Shown here one piece after another: positions 10,757 through 23,268 of a stretch of DNA of 64,000 nucleotides. Origin of the DNA: Monocercomonoides exilis PA203 (Eukaryota > Protista > Preaxostyla); NCBI GenBank assembly GCA_001643675.2, contig LSRY02000023.1, positions 124,001 to 188,000 of the forward strand. The letters run 5' to 3'. The translations under genes were made by a program, and so were the position numbers. Position 1 is the first letter of the stretch. The number at the start of each line of letters is the position of its first letter. The notes below the pieces were generated by a model, which saw only the letters and a program-made list of their open reading frames with translations, had not been told where the DNA came from and ran no database searches.

Positions 10757-13585
10757 ATGTCTTACAAAACTGAAAAATTGTCTGCTGATGACAATTTAAA
10801 GGCTCAAGTTAAGCTGCCTTTTCTTCCTGGTACGACATTTACAGATCCAAAGGTTGCATTTTCTTTTTAAAAGTTCAATTAAATATTATGTTTTTAACAT
10901 TGTTCTAAACCATTTAATTCATAATGAAATCAAAATCATTTTTAAAAAATAACAATTAATATTTCTAAGAAAACCAATTTTGCAAAGTCACACACACTTG
11001 GATACAAAGATGGAATTCCAACTGCAAAACTGGATTATCCATCCATAGGAAATGAATTCCGGCGCACCATTGATGAAAGATTTAGCTCTGAAGAATTGGA
11101 AAAGTCACGAGATTTTACATTTGGATGGACAAGAAAATGCTTGGAATACAGCTCTGTTGGTGGTCCTGATATCAAATCAAGAGGAACAACAATTGTTTCA
11201 GCAACTGGAACAACGGCGCCTCCTACTGCAGAAACAATTCCATCTTTTATTGCATATGATAAGTTAGTTATGTGCTTTTATGCATATTTCAAAGGTACCA
11301 ATCATTTTTTTCTTTTTTAAATCGAGATTTTTGAACTATATTTCTTATTGAACATAAACATAATATAAAAATATATATAACAAACAATAGAGGCTGTACA
11401 TGAATCGCGGGAAGAAGTTTACAGAGTGAGAAATGTTGATATTCTATTTTATCTTGAAGACGATACCATAAGTGTTGTTGAACACAAGCAGAACAATTCA
11501 GGAATTGTTCAAGGAACATTTCTACGCCGCCATCGCGTTCCACGTGATGAGCGCGATCCAGATTCTGGATGCATTGAACTCGATGATCTGGAAGTTGGGA
11601 AGGATGTCCGCATATACGGGCGACTGTTCCACATATACGATGCCAATGGCTCAACACGAGAGTATCTCGAAAAGGAGTACGGTAAAATTCTGAGCGAAAG
11701 AGAGCCATTGCCTTCAGATGCGCATGCAAAGGAAAGAGAGAAGATCGAATCACACATCCGAGTGACGGTGCGCGATCCAGACACGACGACGCAGAAGTTT
11801 CTGAAGTACGACAGACAGGTGCTACGGTTCAACGCAGTGTGGAACGACACAACGATGTTTGGAGAGCAGCGCTTCTTCGCACTGCACTACTTCCTCTCTG
11901 ACAACACCATCGAGATCGTCGAGCTGCGCAAGGCGAACAGCGGGCACGAGGCGTTCCCGTCGTTTGTGCGGAGGCAGAGTGTGCCGAGGGACGGGGTGGT
12001 GCATCTGCACCACTCCGACACGGCGTATGAGCCGATGCAGCCAGAGGACCTGATGATTGGGAAGGAGGTGACAATCTTCGGGCGCACATTTCTTCTGTAC
12101 GACTGCGACGACTTCACCCGGCGCTGGTACCAGCAGAACATGGGTGTGACTGATCCGATGGACCCTCTTCCACTGGGAGCAGAGGAGACGTCCACGGCAG
12201 ACAGAGAGGTACCGCCATATTTGGGCTTCGGAGAAGAGCTGGACTCGCTCGCCACGTGCTTCCACATACAGCCCAGGCCGTGGCCGAGAGACTACTTCAA
12301 GCTGCTGGTGAAGGACAAGGACGCCTTCCATTTCCTGTGCAGAATCGAGACAGCGTCGCCAGGCGAGTCAGAAAGGCGCTTTGTGCTAACATTCCATCTG
12401 AGCGACGACACACTCTCGATTTACGAGCCGCCGCAGAGGAACATCGGCTACGTGCAGGGCAAGTTTATGGAGCGTACGAAGATGTACAAGCCAGACTCGA
12501 ACGTGTACTATGGCCCAGGCGACTTCTTTGTAGGGGCTGTGCTTGAAATACGGACGCGGCGCTTTGTGCTGCTGGACTGCGACTCGAAGACGATGCAGAT
12601 GCAGAGCGAGATGGGATGTCCAGAGCCAGATTTTGTGAGGATTGAGGCAGAATATCGTCTGCGGCTGTCGGATCTGTACAACATGCAGAGGGCGAACAAA
12701 GCATTTGACAAGTTAGGAAAGACAGCTACACTGACAAAGTTCAAGCAGATGATGGATGCGTTTCAGGTGGGGCCAACACAGCTTGAGATGCAGGCGCTGG
12801 CTGAAGTGTATGGAAACTCTTCATCTTCAGGCTATTCTGAAGGAGGAGAAGGAGAAGAGCAGGAGTTGGACATTGCAGCCTTCCGCGAAGCGATCAGAGA
12901 GGCGCCACGAATTATGGACGGCACGCTGTTCAAGACAGATGCTGCGCTGCATGTGCACCCCATCACGCCAGGCACAATCACAGTGACTGATGCCACAGGC
13001 TCGAAGACACGCAGCTTTGGGCCAGGTGGACGGATGGGGGTGTCGATGAGCGGGGCAGGCGGAGTGGGAGTGAGAGATGCGACGCTGGCAACGTCGTCAG
13101 TGTCGCTGGAGCCGACAGATCATTCCGAGCTGACGCTGACGACAAGGGCGTTTGGGCCAGTGGGGAAAGCAACACAGCCGTCGCCTTCGCTTGTGAAGAC
13201 AGTGCCACATTCATCGGGTGTGATGACAGGTACAATCAAAAGAACACTGCTGGAGGGAGAGTCAGAGGCAGACTTCAGGAAGAGGCTGGCAAAGGAGAAG
13301 CAGATTATGATGAAGGCAGTGGAAAGGATCAACTTGAAGCACGCATCACTGACGGAGGCATTCAATGCATTCACACAGAAGCAGACACCACGCCTGTCAA
13401 GAGAAAGATTCAGAGACCAGATGATTAAGTATGGTGTGCTGCAGAAGACGTCTGAGATGGAGCTGTTGGAGAGGCACTTCTTTGGAGATGCGGAGGACAT
13501 TGGTTATCAGGACTTCATCAGAGCTATGAATCCAGAAGAAACTCCTTTATCATTCACTGCGGCTATTGCTCCTGCAAGAACATAA
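10757..13585 (+). CDS. EFHC1: EFHC1/Rib72 axonemal microtubule inner protein (three DM10 domains, C-terminal EF-hand-like region); introns 10853-10969 and 11295-11390
   Basis: N-terminal LPFLPGTTFTDP|KTNFAKSHTLGY; DM10 motifs FYAYFK|EAVHES..YRVR..FYLEDDTI..NSGIVQGTFLRRH, YDRQVLRF..YFLSDNTIEI and FHLSDDTLSIYEPP.RN.G..GKF. Confidence 0.93.
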
Positions 13586-13774
13586 AAAACTTTTTCAAAA
13601 TTATTTCAAAATTTGTTTTTTTTATAAAATTCTCAAATTCTAAAACTTTTGTTATTCTTTAAAACAGCCTTTTCTCCATCTCACACTCTTGCAACTTAGT
13701 TAAATAATTTTTAAACAAAACAAACAAAAATTATTTAGTGTTCCCATCTTTATTTTTTAAGCTCATAAAAATTT

Positions 13775-15166
13775 ATGTCTCAATTTCCAACATCATCTCC
13801 GTTTATTGAACGCTATTTCAAGAATTATTATGTCACTGGTTTATTTTTCATTAATATCAGAAAAATTAATATGTTATTTGAATTCTTGAAATGGACAAAA
13901 TGACAATTATTCAAATTTAGATTGTTCAGCGCATTATGCACATGATCAATATTTGTTTATTCACTCAAACGGGTTTGACTGCTTTTTTTAATTAAAATTC
14001 TATTTTTTTAAATGGATTCAAAACGTTATTTTTTGCTTTTTAAGATTAATTGTTGTTGGACTTGCTCCATCTCACCCAGCTCTCCTTCCTCCAGAAATGC
14101 GACCTTTCGGAGTCATATCTAAAAAACCAAAGACAGATTCTTCTGCTTTAAGTGGCAGCACTGAAATAACAATGGATGAAGCAGAATCATCAAAAAAGCT
14201 GCCTAATGGTTGACTATCACTTTTTGTCATTCTTCAAATTTCATAATTTATAAATTAAAGAATATTCCATTTCTGCAATTAACTTTCAGATTGGAGGAGT
14301 TGATAGAGGCGAACAAAAAGTTCGTGGAAAGAGAAAGAAGGTTCGTAAATTATTATTATTATTCTTTTATTTAAATTGTTCATTTAAAAATGAAGGGAGG
14401 ATTGCTTCTGGAGCCTGGTACAATTATATGTGAAATTGTTACTTCAGATAGATGTTCTTTTAGAGTATATGCATCTTGTGGTGGTTCTTTGTTGGAATCA
14501 AATAAAAGACTGATTGAACAGCCAAATCTTATTTTAACAAAGGTACTTATTCTTTATCATCTATTAAATATTTTCATTGATTTATTTTCATTTAACGTTT
14601 AAATTCATATTTATTCGGACCCTTATGCTCTTCAGCCAGCAACCGAGGGATACATTTGTGTTATTCAACCATTTGTAAATTTTGTGAAGAGTGTTCGTTT
14701 AATGGGATGGGAGGATTATTTTAAACATGTAATGCAACACAGGCATCAGCAGCACTTTTGTAAGTCATTTCCCAAAGTCGAGGAGTCTATTACAAATTAT
14801 TCCGATTTTGAAGATGAGAAATTTGATGAAAAAGAAGAAAACACTTCAAAATTATCTTCTTCATCAGTCACTTATCCTCTTCCAACTGCACTTCAACAGC
14901 TCAATTCATCAATCGATTATCGGGCTTTGGCAGATTATTCGTGCCCTTATCACTCTGATTGCCCTGCTCGTGTTTCTGCTGTTTCTTTATTCACGTTTTC
15001 TACAAACAGAGCTAACAAAGCATGGGCAGAAAGTCTTACAAAGAAGATCGAAGAATTTAAAACATTTTATTCTCCCCTCAATGCTGGAAAAACGCTTGGT
15101 GATATTCTTGATGTTGAAAAGTCAGAAACAAAAACTATTACTGAAGAAATTGAAGGATCAACTTGA
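13775..15166 (+). CDS. ABITRAM: Abitram/FAM206A (single-hybrid/GcvH-like fold) with C-terminal extension; 5 introns
   Basis: Spliced ERYFKNYY..DQYLFIHSNG|LIVVGLAPSHP..QKVRGKRKK|GGLLLEP.TIIC..RVYASCGGSLLE.NKRL...PNL...|P.TEGYICVI matches the family pattern. Confidence 0.85.
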
Positions 15167-15405
15167 ATTTTTCACAAACGTTATTTCTTATAATATTACT
15201 GTTATTTATTTATTATGTTAAAAATTATTTAATTCTCAAGTTTGCGTTTTAGTTAAAATAAATAAATCAGATATACCACAATTAATAAGTTTATTTTTTG
15301 TAACATAAATTTTCAACGATAGAATAAGGTAGATAACTTGTATACAAATTTTAATCCTTTAATTTATCAAATAGTTGTTGAGATTTATTTTTTTTAACCA
15401 TTTAG

Positions 15406-18400
15406 ATGTCGAAGCAACGCAGGCTTTTGTCTCAAGCCTTAAGTGAAGGAAATATCGAGAAGTTCAAGACAACTTTGGATCAGGCAAAGTTTGATTTGAA
15501 TTCATATGACGACCTTGGTTGGTCGCTCGCTCATGAATGCGTAGAAGTTATGAGAATGGATTTTTTCGAGGAAATCGTACAAAGAGGCGCAAATCCGAAT
15601 ATAAAAACAGGTGCGCAATTTATCTTTTGAATGATTGGTATCATTTTAATGTTTTTTATTTTATTTTCTTATAGAATATACAAAAGAAACGGTCATTCAT
15701 AGACTTGTTGGAAAGGCAATTGAACGTTCTTTGAGTCGCAACGCAGAAACTACAGAGTTATCACTTGAAGAAAGTATAAAAACTGCATGGAGAATAGGAG
15801 TAAATGTGGACGAACCAAATGGTGAAGGAGAATCAGTTTGTTATAAGCTATTTATTGTAACTAGATATAAAGCATCTCATTCATTCATTCATTTTTTTGT
15901 TGCAAAAGGCAATACATATAGCAGCATATAATGGACTTGTGAGTGTGCTTAAAGTACTCGTAAATGATTGTCATGCAAATGTTAAAAAGCAGGATAGCAC
16001 AATTGGATGGACTGCATTGCATTATGCTATTGCTGGAGCATTGATTGGCCCTTCTTCATTCACAGCACAGTCTTCCATTCAGAAAGCTGACAGCACCAAC
16101 AACTCCGAGTCCTTTTCAGTGCAGTCGACCACGTTTCTGATTGAAGAGGCGCCGGAGCTGGTTGGAATGGGCGACAACGACGGGCGCACGGCTCTGCACT
16201 ACCTCTGCTGTGGGGCGGCAGCTGTCTCTCTCTTCTTCAAGTCGAAGAAGAAAGGCATCGCTGCACTGAATGCAGAAGACAACCCGTTCCACCTCAAAGC
16301 AGAGGACGAGGCAGAAGACGAGGACGAACAGAGGATTATGCTCGGCACAACACTCAGAGCATCTCCCTCTGAATACATCAACAGAATGCCTACCATCTCT
16401 TCCTCTATGCCTTCTCCACACGCTTCTCCTTCTTCCTCTTCCTCTTCCTCTTCCTCTTCCTCTTCCTCTTCCTCTTCCTCTTCATATTTGACATCGAATT
16501 CAACACCTTCAACATACGGTGCATTATCCTATGGCTCCTCTTCTGCATTCTCTTCTCCTTCATCAACATCCTCTTCTTCTTCTTCTTCTTCTTCTTCTTC
16601 TCAACTCCTTCGTCCCAATGCTCTCCTTCCTTCCTCTTCCTCTTCCTCTCTTCAGCCATCCAACCAGACACCGATGATTGGACAGCTCAGACGTGCTGCT
16701 TCGACTGTCATACACACCCCGCCAAACAGAATGATACTCACACAACATCCTTCTTCTTCATTCAACTCCCCTTTCAACAATTCTTCCTCCTCCTCCTCCT
16801 CTTCTTCTTCTTCTTTTTCATCTTCCTTCTCTTCCTCCTCCACATCTTCTTCTTCATTTCGCGCATCGCTCATCCAACAGCCTCCTATTTCCCCACCAAC
16901 TTCTTCTTCTTCTTCTTCTTCTTCTTTCCTCTCCTCTCTCCATTCACCTCGTATAGGCCTTCTTCGTCGTGCCTCTTCCACTCGTCTTCTCACTCTGAAT
17001 CCAAACTCCCAGTTGAACTCTCCAATAATACCATCAGCTTCTTCTTCTTCTTCACCAACACCTTCGTCTCCTTCATCATCTTCTTCTTCTTCCTCTTCTT
17101 TCTCAATAACAACAACACCAAACGAGCCTTTCCCTCTTCCTTCTTCCTCTCCCCCTGTTCCTTCTGCCTCTCCAATGTCTTCTGCTACTTCATCTGACAT
17201 CTCATTTCAGGAGAAGAAGAACAGGCTTCGCATCGCTCTCTCTAAACTGTCTGCGTTTCAGTCACTTATTGCTTCCTCTAAGACACGCCATTCAATGAAG
17301 CTTAGCGCTTCCCCGTCTTCTATTTCTTTCTCTTCACCTTCTTCTTCTTCTTCTTCATCCTCCTCTTCTCTTTCATCTGCTTCATTGTCTGCCTCATCTT
17401 CACTGGCCAATCTGAATGGCATGTCTTCTTCTCCTTCTCGCTCATTCGATTCTTTCCTTCAAACAGACAAGAACTCCTCTTCAAATTGCTGTTCAACGTC
17501 TCCTTTAAGAACATCCTCAGAAATACAACAAAAGAAACAAGAAGGAGAAGGAGAAGGAGGAGAAGGAGAAATAGAAGAACAAGAAAGAGAACAAGAAGAA
17601 ATTCAAGAACAAGAGCAAAGCAATAGTGAATCAGACGACGCAATTCTTCATCTTCTGCGTCTGCTTGTTGAAAGAGGCATCGATGTGAATGCAGCAGACG
17701 ATGAGCTGAACACCCCTCTTCATCTCTCCATCGCCTCTTCTTCTTTCTCCGCTGCCCGTTTTCTGCTCAGAGAAGGCAAAGCTAATCCTGATGGCATTGC
17801 TTCCAACAGATGCGAGGCAATCGAAAGAGCACTGAAGAAGCAGGAGAATGAGAAGGGCAGTCCAGCAAACGAGACGGAGAAATTCGACTCCGGAGAAATA
17901 GAAAAGAGAGGAGAAGGAGGAGAAGGAGAAGATGAAACAACAAAAAAAGATGAAGAGAAAAACGATGTTCGGAAAGTGATCCAAAACCCTCTTTCTCCGC
18001 TGGCACTGGCTGTGTTGAGCGATGAGATGGATTTTGTGCCGCTGCTGATCAGCCAAGGCGCCTCCTTTGCGCTTTTCTCGCAGCCGCCGAAAATTCGCTT
18101 TGAGACTGCAGAAGGAAGCAGGATTCAGTCACATTTTGCATTTTCAAGGAAATTCTGTGAGGAGCATTTGAAGACATTTGAGATGCACAGAATGAAATCT
18201 CCATCAACTCCATCAACAACAACAACAACAACAACAACTTCTTCTTCTTCTTCTTCTTCTTCCTTCTCCTCCACCCTCTCCCCAACCTCCTCCCGTTCCC
18301 TCAGCAAAGACGAGCGGAGGATGTTCTATTCTTCCATCCGCCTCGCTCCCTTTGAAGTTGTCCCACCTTCCCTTTGGCTGGTGTCTGGGCTGCCGAACTG

Positions 18401-21400
18401 GCTGGCAGTCGAAATCGACGAAAACCTGATGGAAACAAAGCAGAAGCTGGCAGAACGAGGGAAACAGGCGAAACAAGCGATGCAAGCGAAACAGGGGAAA
18501 CAAGGAAAACAAGGGAAAGATGCGAAGGAAGGAGGAGGAGAAGAGACAGAGAAAGGGCTGGACTCTGTTCGGATGTCGACGCTTCTGCAGCATCTGATGG
18601 GAGATTCAGCGCCTCCGCTGTTTTCGGAGTGTCTGACAGTGTTCCATTTGTGTGCAGCGCTGAACGACGAGGCGAATTTGGAGCAGCTCTGCTTTGCATA
18701 TGAAGACACGTATGACATCAGCAGAGTGGAGAGGAAGATGAAAAGTGGGGGGAAGAGAGGAGAGAAGAAGGAGGGAGATGACAATGGAGCAGATGATAGA
18801 ATGAATGTGCCAACTCCTCTTTCACATTATGATGACACAGCTGCAACAAGCATATGTCATCCTTCTCCTTTGCATTCATCGTCATCATCATCAACCTCCT
18901 CCTCCTCCTCATCTTCTGCTTCTTCTCTTTCATCGTCATCATCCCTTTCCTCTCTTTCACACAGCCAGCTCTTCTGCCCTCCGCTCCATCTTCCTCTCTC
19001 CGTCTTCCTCAACGCCATCCACCCGACCCCTCTCCACATCGCCTCGTGGGTAGGCGCTGCTTCATCTCTGAATGTTCTGCTGGCACACGGCGCTGACCCG
19101 TTTGTGGGATTCTCGCTGGAACGTGTTGTGTTTGGGAGTCATGTGCCAGAAGAGGAAGAGGAAGAGAAGAAGGAGGAAGAGGAAGAAGAGGAAGAAGGAA
19201 AGAAAGGGAAAAGAGAAGGAAATGATAATCAGATTAAACCAGAAGTGCTTGGACAAGAACACGCCTCATTTGCTTCCTCAGCAGAAAACACATCAACACC
19301 AAACACACCAGTAATACGTCCAAGCTCTTTCTCTGCTTCTCCTTCTACTTCCACTCTTTCTTCTCCTTATTTCCCTTCTCCTCTTTCTTCTCACTCACAT
19401 TCTGAGTCTTCTTCTTCTTCTTCTCTTCTCCCACTTCTTCCTGTCCACATTGCAGCTGCTGCTGGACAAGCTGAGTCTCTTTTTGTGCTTGTTGATCCAT
19501 CTTCTGTCGAGAAATCGCCTCTTCGCTTGTTCGACTGGGACGAAGAGGTGCTGCAGAAACTGAGGCCTTCATTGTTGCTTCATAGTGGTGATGGAGAGGA
19601 AGAGGCACAAAGAAAGGGAGCGATTCCAAATGATGACAAGAGATCTAATAATCATAGCATATCTTCCTCTTCCTCTTCCTCCTCCTCCTCCTCATCATCA
19701 TCATCCTCCTCATCCACTCTTCGTGTAGCCTCTCTCTTCCGCACATTCCAGTCATATCTTCAGCAGCAGACGTCTGCCCTTCTGCCGACTCCAAGGCACA
19801 CTTCGCCAACACATCAGCCCACTTCATCAACACTCTCCCACTCAGCTTCTTATTCATCCCTCATCGCTGACTCATCTGATGCTTCTCATCTGATCCACTC
19901 TCCTTCTTCTGGTTCTTTTTCTTCTCCTTCTCCTTCCTCTTCCTCTTCCACTCCTTCTCCATTCTCTTCTTCTATTTCATCTTCTGCCAACAACTGCTTA
20001 TCACCTTCATTGACCTCTTCCTCTACTCTTCCAATGCTCGGTTCAGTCGACTTTGCCTTCACTCGCATCATCCGCTTGCTCACAGCCGCTGTTTCTTCTC
20101 CTTCCTCTTTTCTCTCCTCCTTCAACGAGGTCGAAGCAGACGATGCTGCATTCTACGAGTCGCTCATCCTCCGCACTGAGAAAAGCGATGCTGAGCTGCG
20201 CAGGCGCAGACTGGAAGAAGAGATTGACAATGGATTGCGTACGATGTGTGCTCTGCAGGCAGCTGAGGCCAAAAAGGGATTCTTCCCGCGCTACTCGTCC
20301 ACACTGGCACCGAATGCAGCCCAGTCTCTGCTGAGGTTGTTGTATTCTCTGCTCTTCTTTGTGCTTGGCGGAGGACAAGGGCGCAACAGCCTCTTCCACA
20401 TCCTGTCAGCGCGGGGGAGAGAAGAAGATGCGGACACAATCACATTCCTGCTGGACGATGTAGTGGAGAGTGCAGTGGCTGACTTCATCTACTGGTTTGT
20501 GCCTTCTGCAGACGAGGCAGAGGCAGCAAGCGAAGTGACTGGAGACGAGATCGACTTGGGGCTGGACGACAAGGCAGCAAGCAAAGAAGGTTCAATGAAT
20601 GCACTCGGAAGCAGCCTGGAACACGACTTCGAGCTGAACGAAGAGCTCTTCAACAGAAAAGACGGAGAAGGGTTTGGAAGCAGCAACAGCGGAAGCAGTG
20701 GCAGCTTCGGCCAAAGTGCACAGTCAGATGCGCAGACAGACTCGCTTGTTGACAGACTCATCCAAACAGTCCTTCCGAAAGTGCAGTCGATTCTGGTGGA
20801 TGCAGTCAATGCAGATGGCGAGACATCCTTCTGCACCGCGCTCTGCTTCCGCCGGGAGTCTGTTGTGCAGTCACTGGGCGCTTGCGACCCCTGTTTCTTT
20901 GCTGTTGACAATGGAGGGAATTCGCTGCTGCACATTTGCACACTTCCTACACGTGTGAATAAGTCGTGGATGCCTCGCTTGGAGTGGGAGACAGAAAATG
21001 AAGGAGAGGCAGAAATCGAAGAGGGAAGGAGAACAGAACAGCAGAACTCTTCTTCTTCTTCCTCTTCCTCTTCTTCAACTTCATCCACATCACGAACAAA
21101 AAAATCGCATGCACTTCTGAGCATTGGGCGTCTGCTCATTCAACAGGGCGTTCCCATCGATACGTACAACGCAGCAGGAAAGACACCTCTTCTGCTGTCG
21201 ATCATCGAAGGCGAGGACAAGTTTGCACGTCTACTGCTTGCATCGTCTGCGCGTCCAGAGCTACCGGAGAAGGGAAGTGGCGACACGTGCCTTCACATTG
21301 CATGCCGGCGACAATTGGTGGATGTAGTGAGTGGAATCCTCACATTGTGCACAGCAGGGCAGTTACGGAAGGTTGTGAATAAAACGAATGCAGATAACGA

Positions 21401-22292
21401 GAAGTCGAGGGCACAGACAGCGCTGCACTGTGCAGTGATGACAGGAAACAAAGACTGTGTTGTGATGCTGCTGGATGCAAATGCCAATCCCAACAAGCAG
21501 GACAACACAGGCTCCACTCCTCTGCATCTGGCATGTGCGCTGTCTGGACGGGGAATCGAACTCACATCGTCAGGTGCTGTTTCTTCCACAGACCAGAATG
21601 AGACGGAACAAGAGGAAGCAAATGAAGGAAGCAGCGGAAGTGAGGCTACAGACGACGAGACACTGTCCAGACGCACTCAGCTGAGCCAGGCAGAGAGCGA
21701 GTGGAGCCAGCAGTCTGCGTCTGTTGTGCTTGCGAGCATCCTCCTTCGACACGGCGCACATCCGCTCATTCCTAACCGCAGCGGCTTCATTCCACTTTCA
21801 CTGATCACCAATGCAGCAGACCGCGCACCAATTGTCAATGCCATTTCTGCCAATAAGCTGCGACTGCGCTGTCTTCCACTACCTTCCACGTTCTACACAG
21901 AACCAATGGCGTATTTGCCTTCAACCACCTCACCACAACCCCGTGCCTGTCCTGTCTGCAGCACAAAGTTCGGGCTCTTATCTCCAAAGCGGCGTATCTG
22001 CCGAGTATGCGATGGCATTCTGTGTTCTGCGTGTTGCCCTCCGCTGATTCCTTTGCTGCCTTTTGGCATTGATGCCCCGCAGTGTGTATGTCCTGCCTGC
22101 TATTCGCGCCTTGCCCCGCTTGCAGAGCCGGAGCTGGTGAATGCATTCGCACACATCCACGTGGAAGACGAAGAGAACAATAAGTTGGATACAAACAGCC
22201 ACAAACAAATGTTGGATAAAAATTCATTATTTCAGATATGTGTGGATGTTGCAAAGAATCAGAATTTATTATCCTCATATCGACATAAATGA
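15406..22292 (+). CDS. Large ankyrin-repeat protein with C-terminal FYVE-type zinc finger; two 5' introns (about 15611-15673 and 15837-15908)
   Basis: Many ankyrin motifs (GWTALHYA, GRTALHYL, NTPLHLS, GKTPLLLS, GDTCLHIA, TALHCAV..DANANPNKQDNTGSTPLHLA); C-terminal CPVC..F..RRICRVC..LCSAC..VCPAC. Confidence 0.85.
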
Positions 22293-23268
22293 TTAGTCAT
22301 TTTTTTTTTTTTTTTGATAATTTTTTTATATTTTATATTTTTATTTTATATTTTATTTTTTAAAAAATCGAGTTTTGATATTCAATTTCTAAGTCATTTC
22401 AAAGCAAATCATTAGTCTGATTGAAAATACAGTATAGCTTGGATATGAACACGCATGGTTTTGTTCAATTTTTTGCGATGGTTTCCGAATTTGATTGCGA
22501 CTGATTCTACTTTTTCATTAAAAAATTTTTTCAAAACAATTTTTTGGAAGAAAACAAATTATTATTACAATCGAACTTGAAATCTTTCTTTTTGAATCGA
22601 TTTTTCATTTTATGCTGTTCGAATGCACTTCATTTTTTATAATTGAAGCAAAAAAACAACAAATATAATATTTCAGAAAAATTGTGAAAACAATGAAAAA
22701 CCAATTTCAATTTTTTGATTGAAATAATTTTCGTTTTTGGCTTGATTATAACAGATGTGAAAACAACCGAGTTATACTGCATATATTCTTAATGCTTTCA
22801 AAATATGGATATTTTCAGTAATTCTTTTTCATTCCAAAAGATTAAACCAAAAAAGGTATTCTCCAAACACAAAAATGATCGCATGGTTTTGTATCAACAT
22901 CTGCAAAGCATGCTTGAAAATTATTAGTGTGGAAGGACATCTTCTGGATTGCTGATGCAAACAATAAAATGAAGCAGCAGCAATGAAAGTCCTTGGCCAA
23001 ATAAATAATACTCAAAATGCATTTCTCACAAACTGTTGGAACATAATCATCCAATCATCAATCAAACATCAAGAAAACAAAAAAATCGAAAAAAAGAAGA
23101 TAATTGAAATGAAGCCAGACAGCGCAGTGGAAGATGTGCACTTGTACAGCGCCTTCGTAAAGCAACCCAAGCACACTCCCCCACACGCCCGCAGATGCTT
23201 TTATCGTTCAGTTCTTTTCTTCCATTTCCATCCGAATCCAAGCTCTTTCTATATTTTTATTTCAACTT

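Noticed and set aside
11750-13200. GC-rich segment as horizontally acquired DNA
   Set aside because: It lies inside a eukaryote-specific axonemal gene, and the same interior GC rise recurs in other long genes
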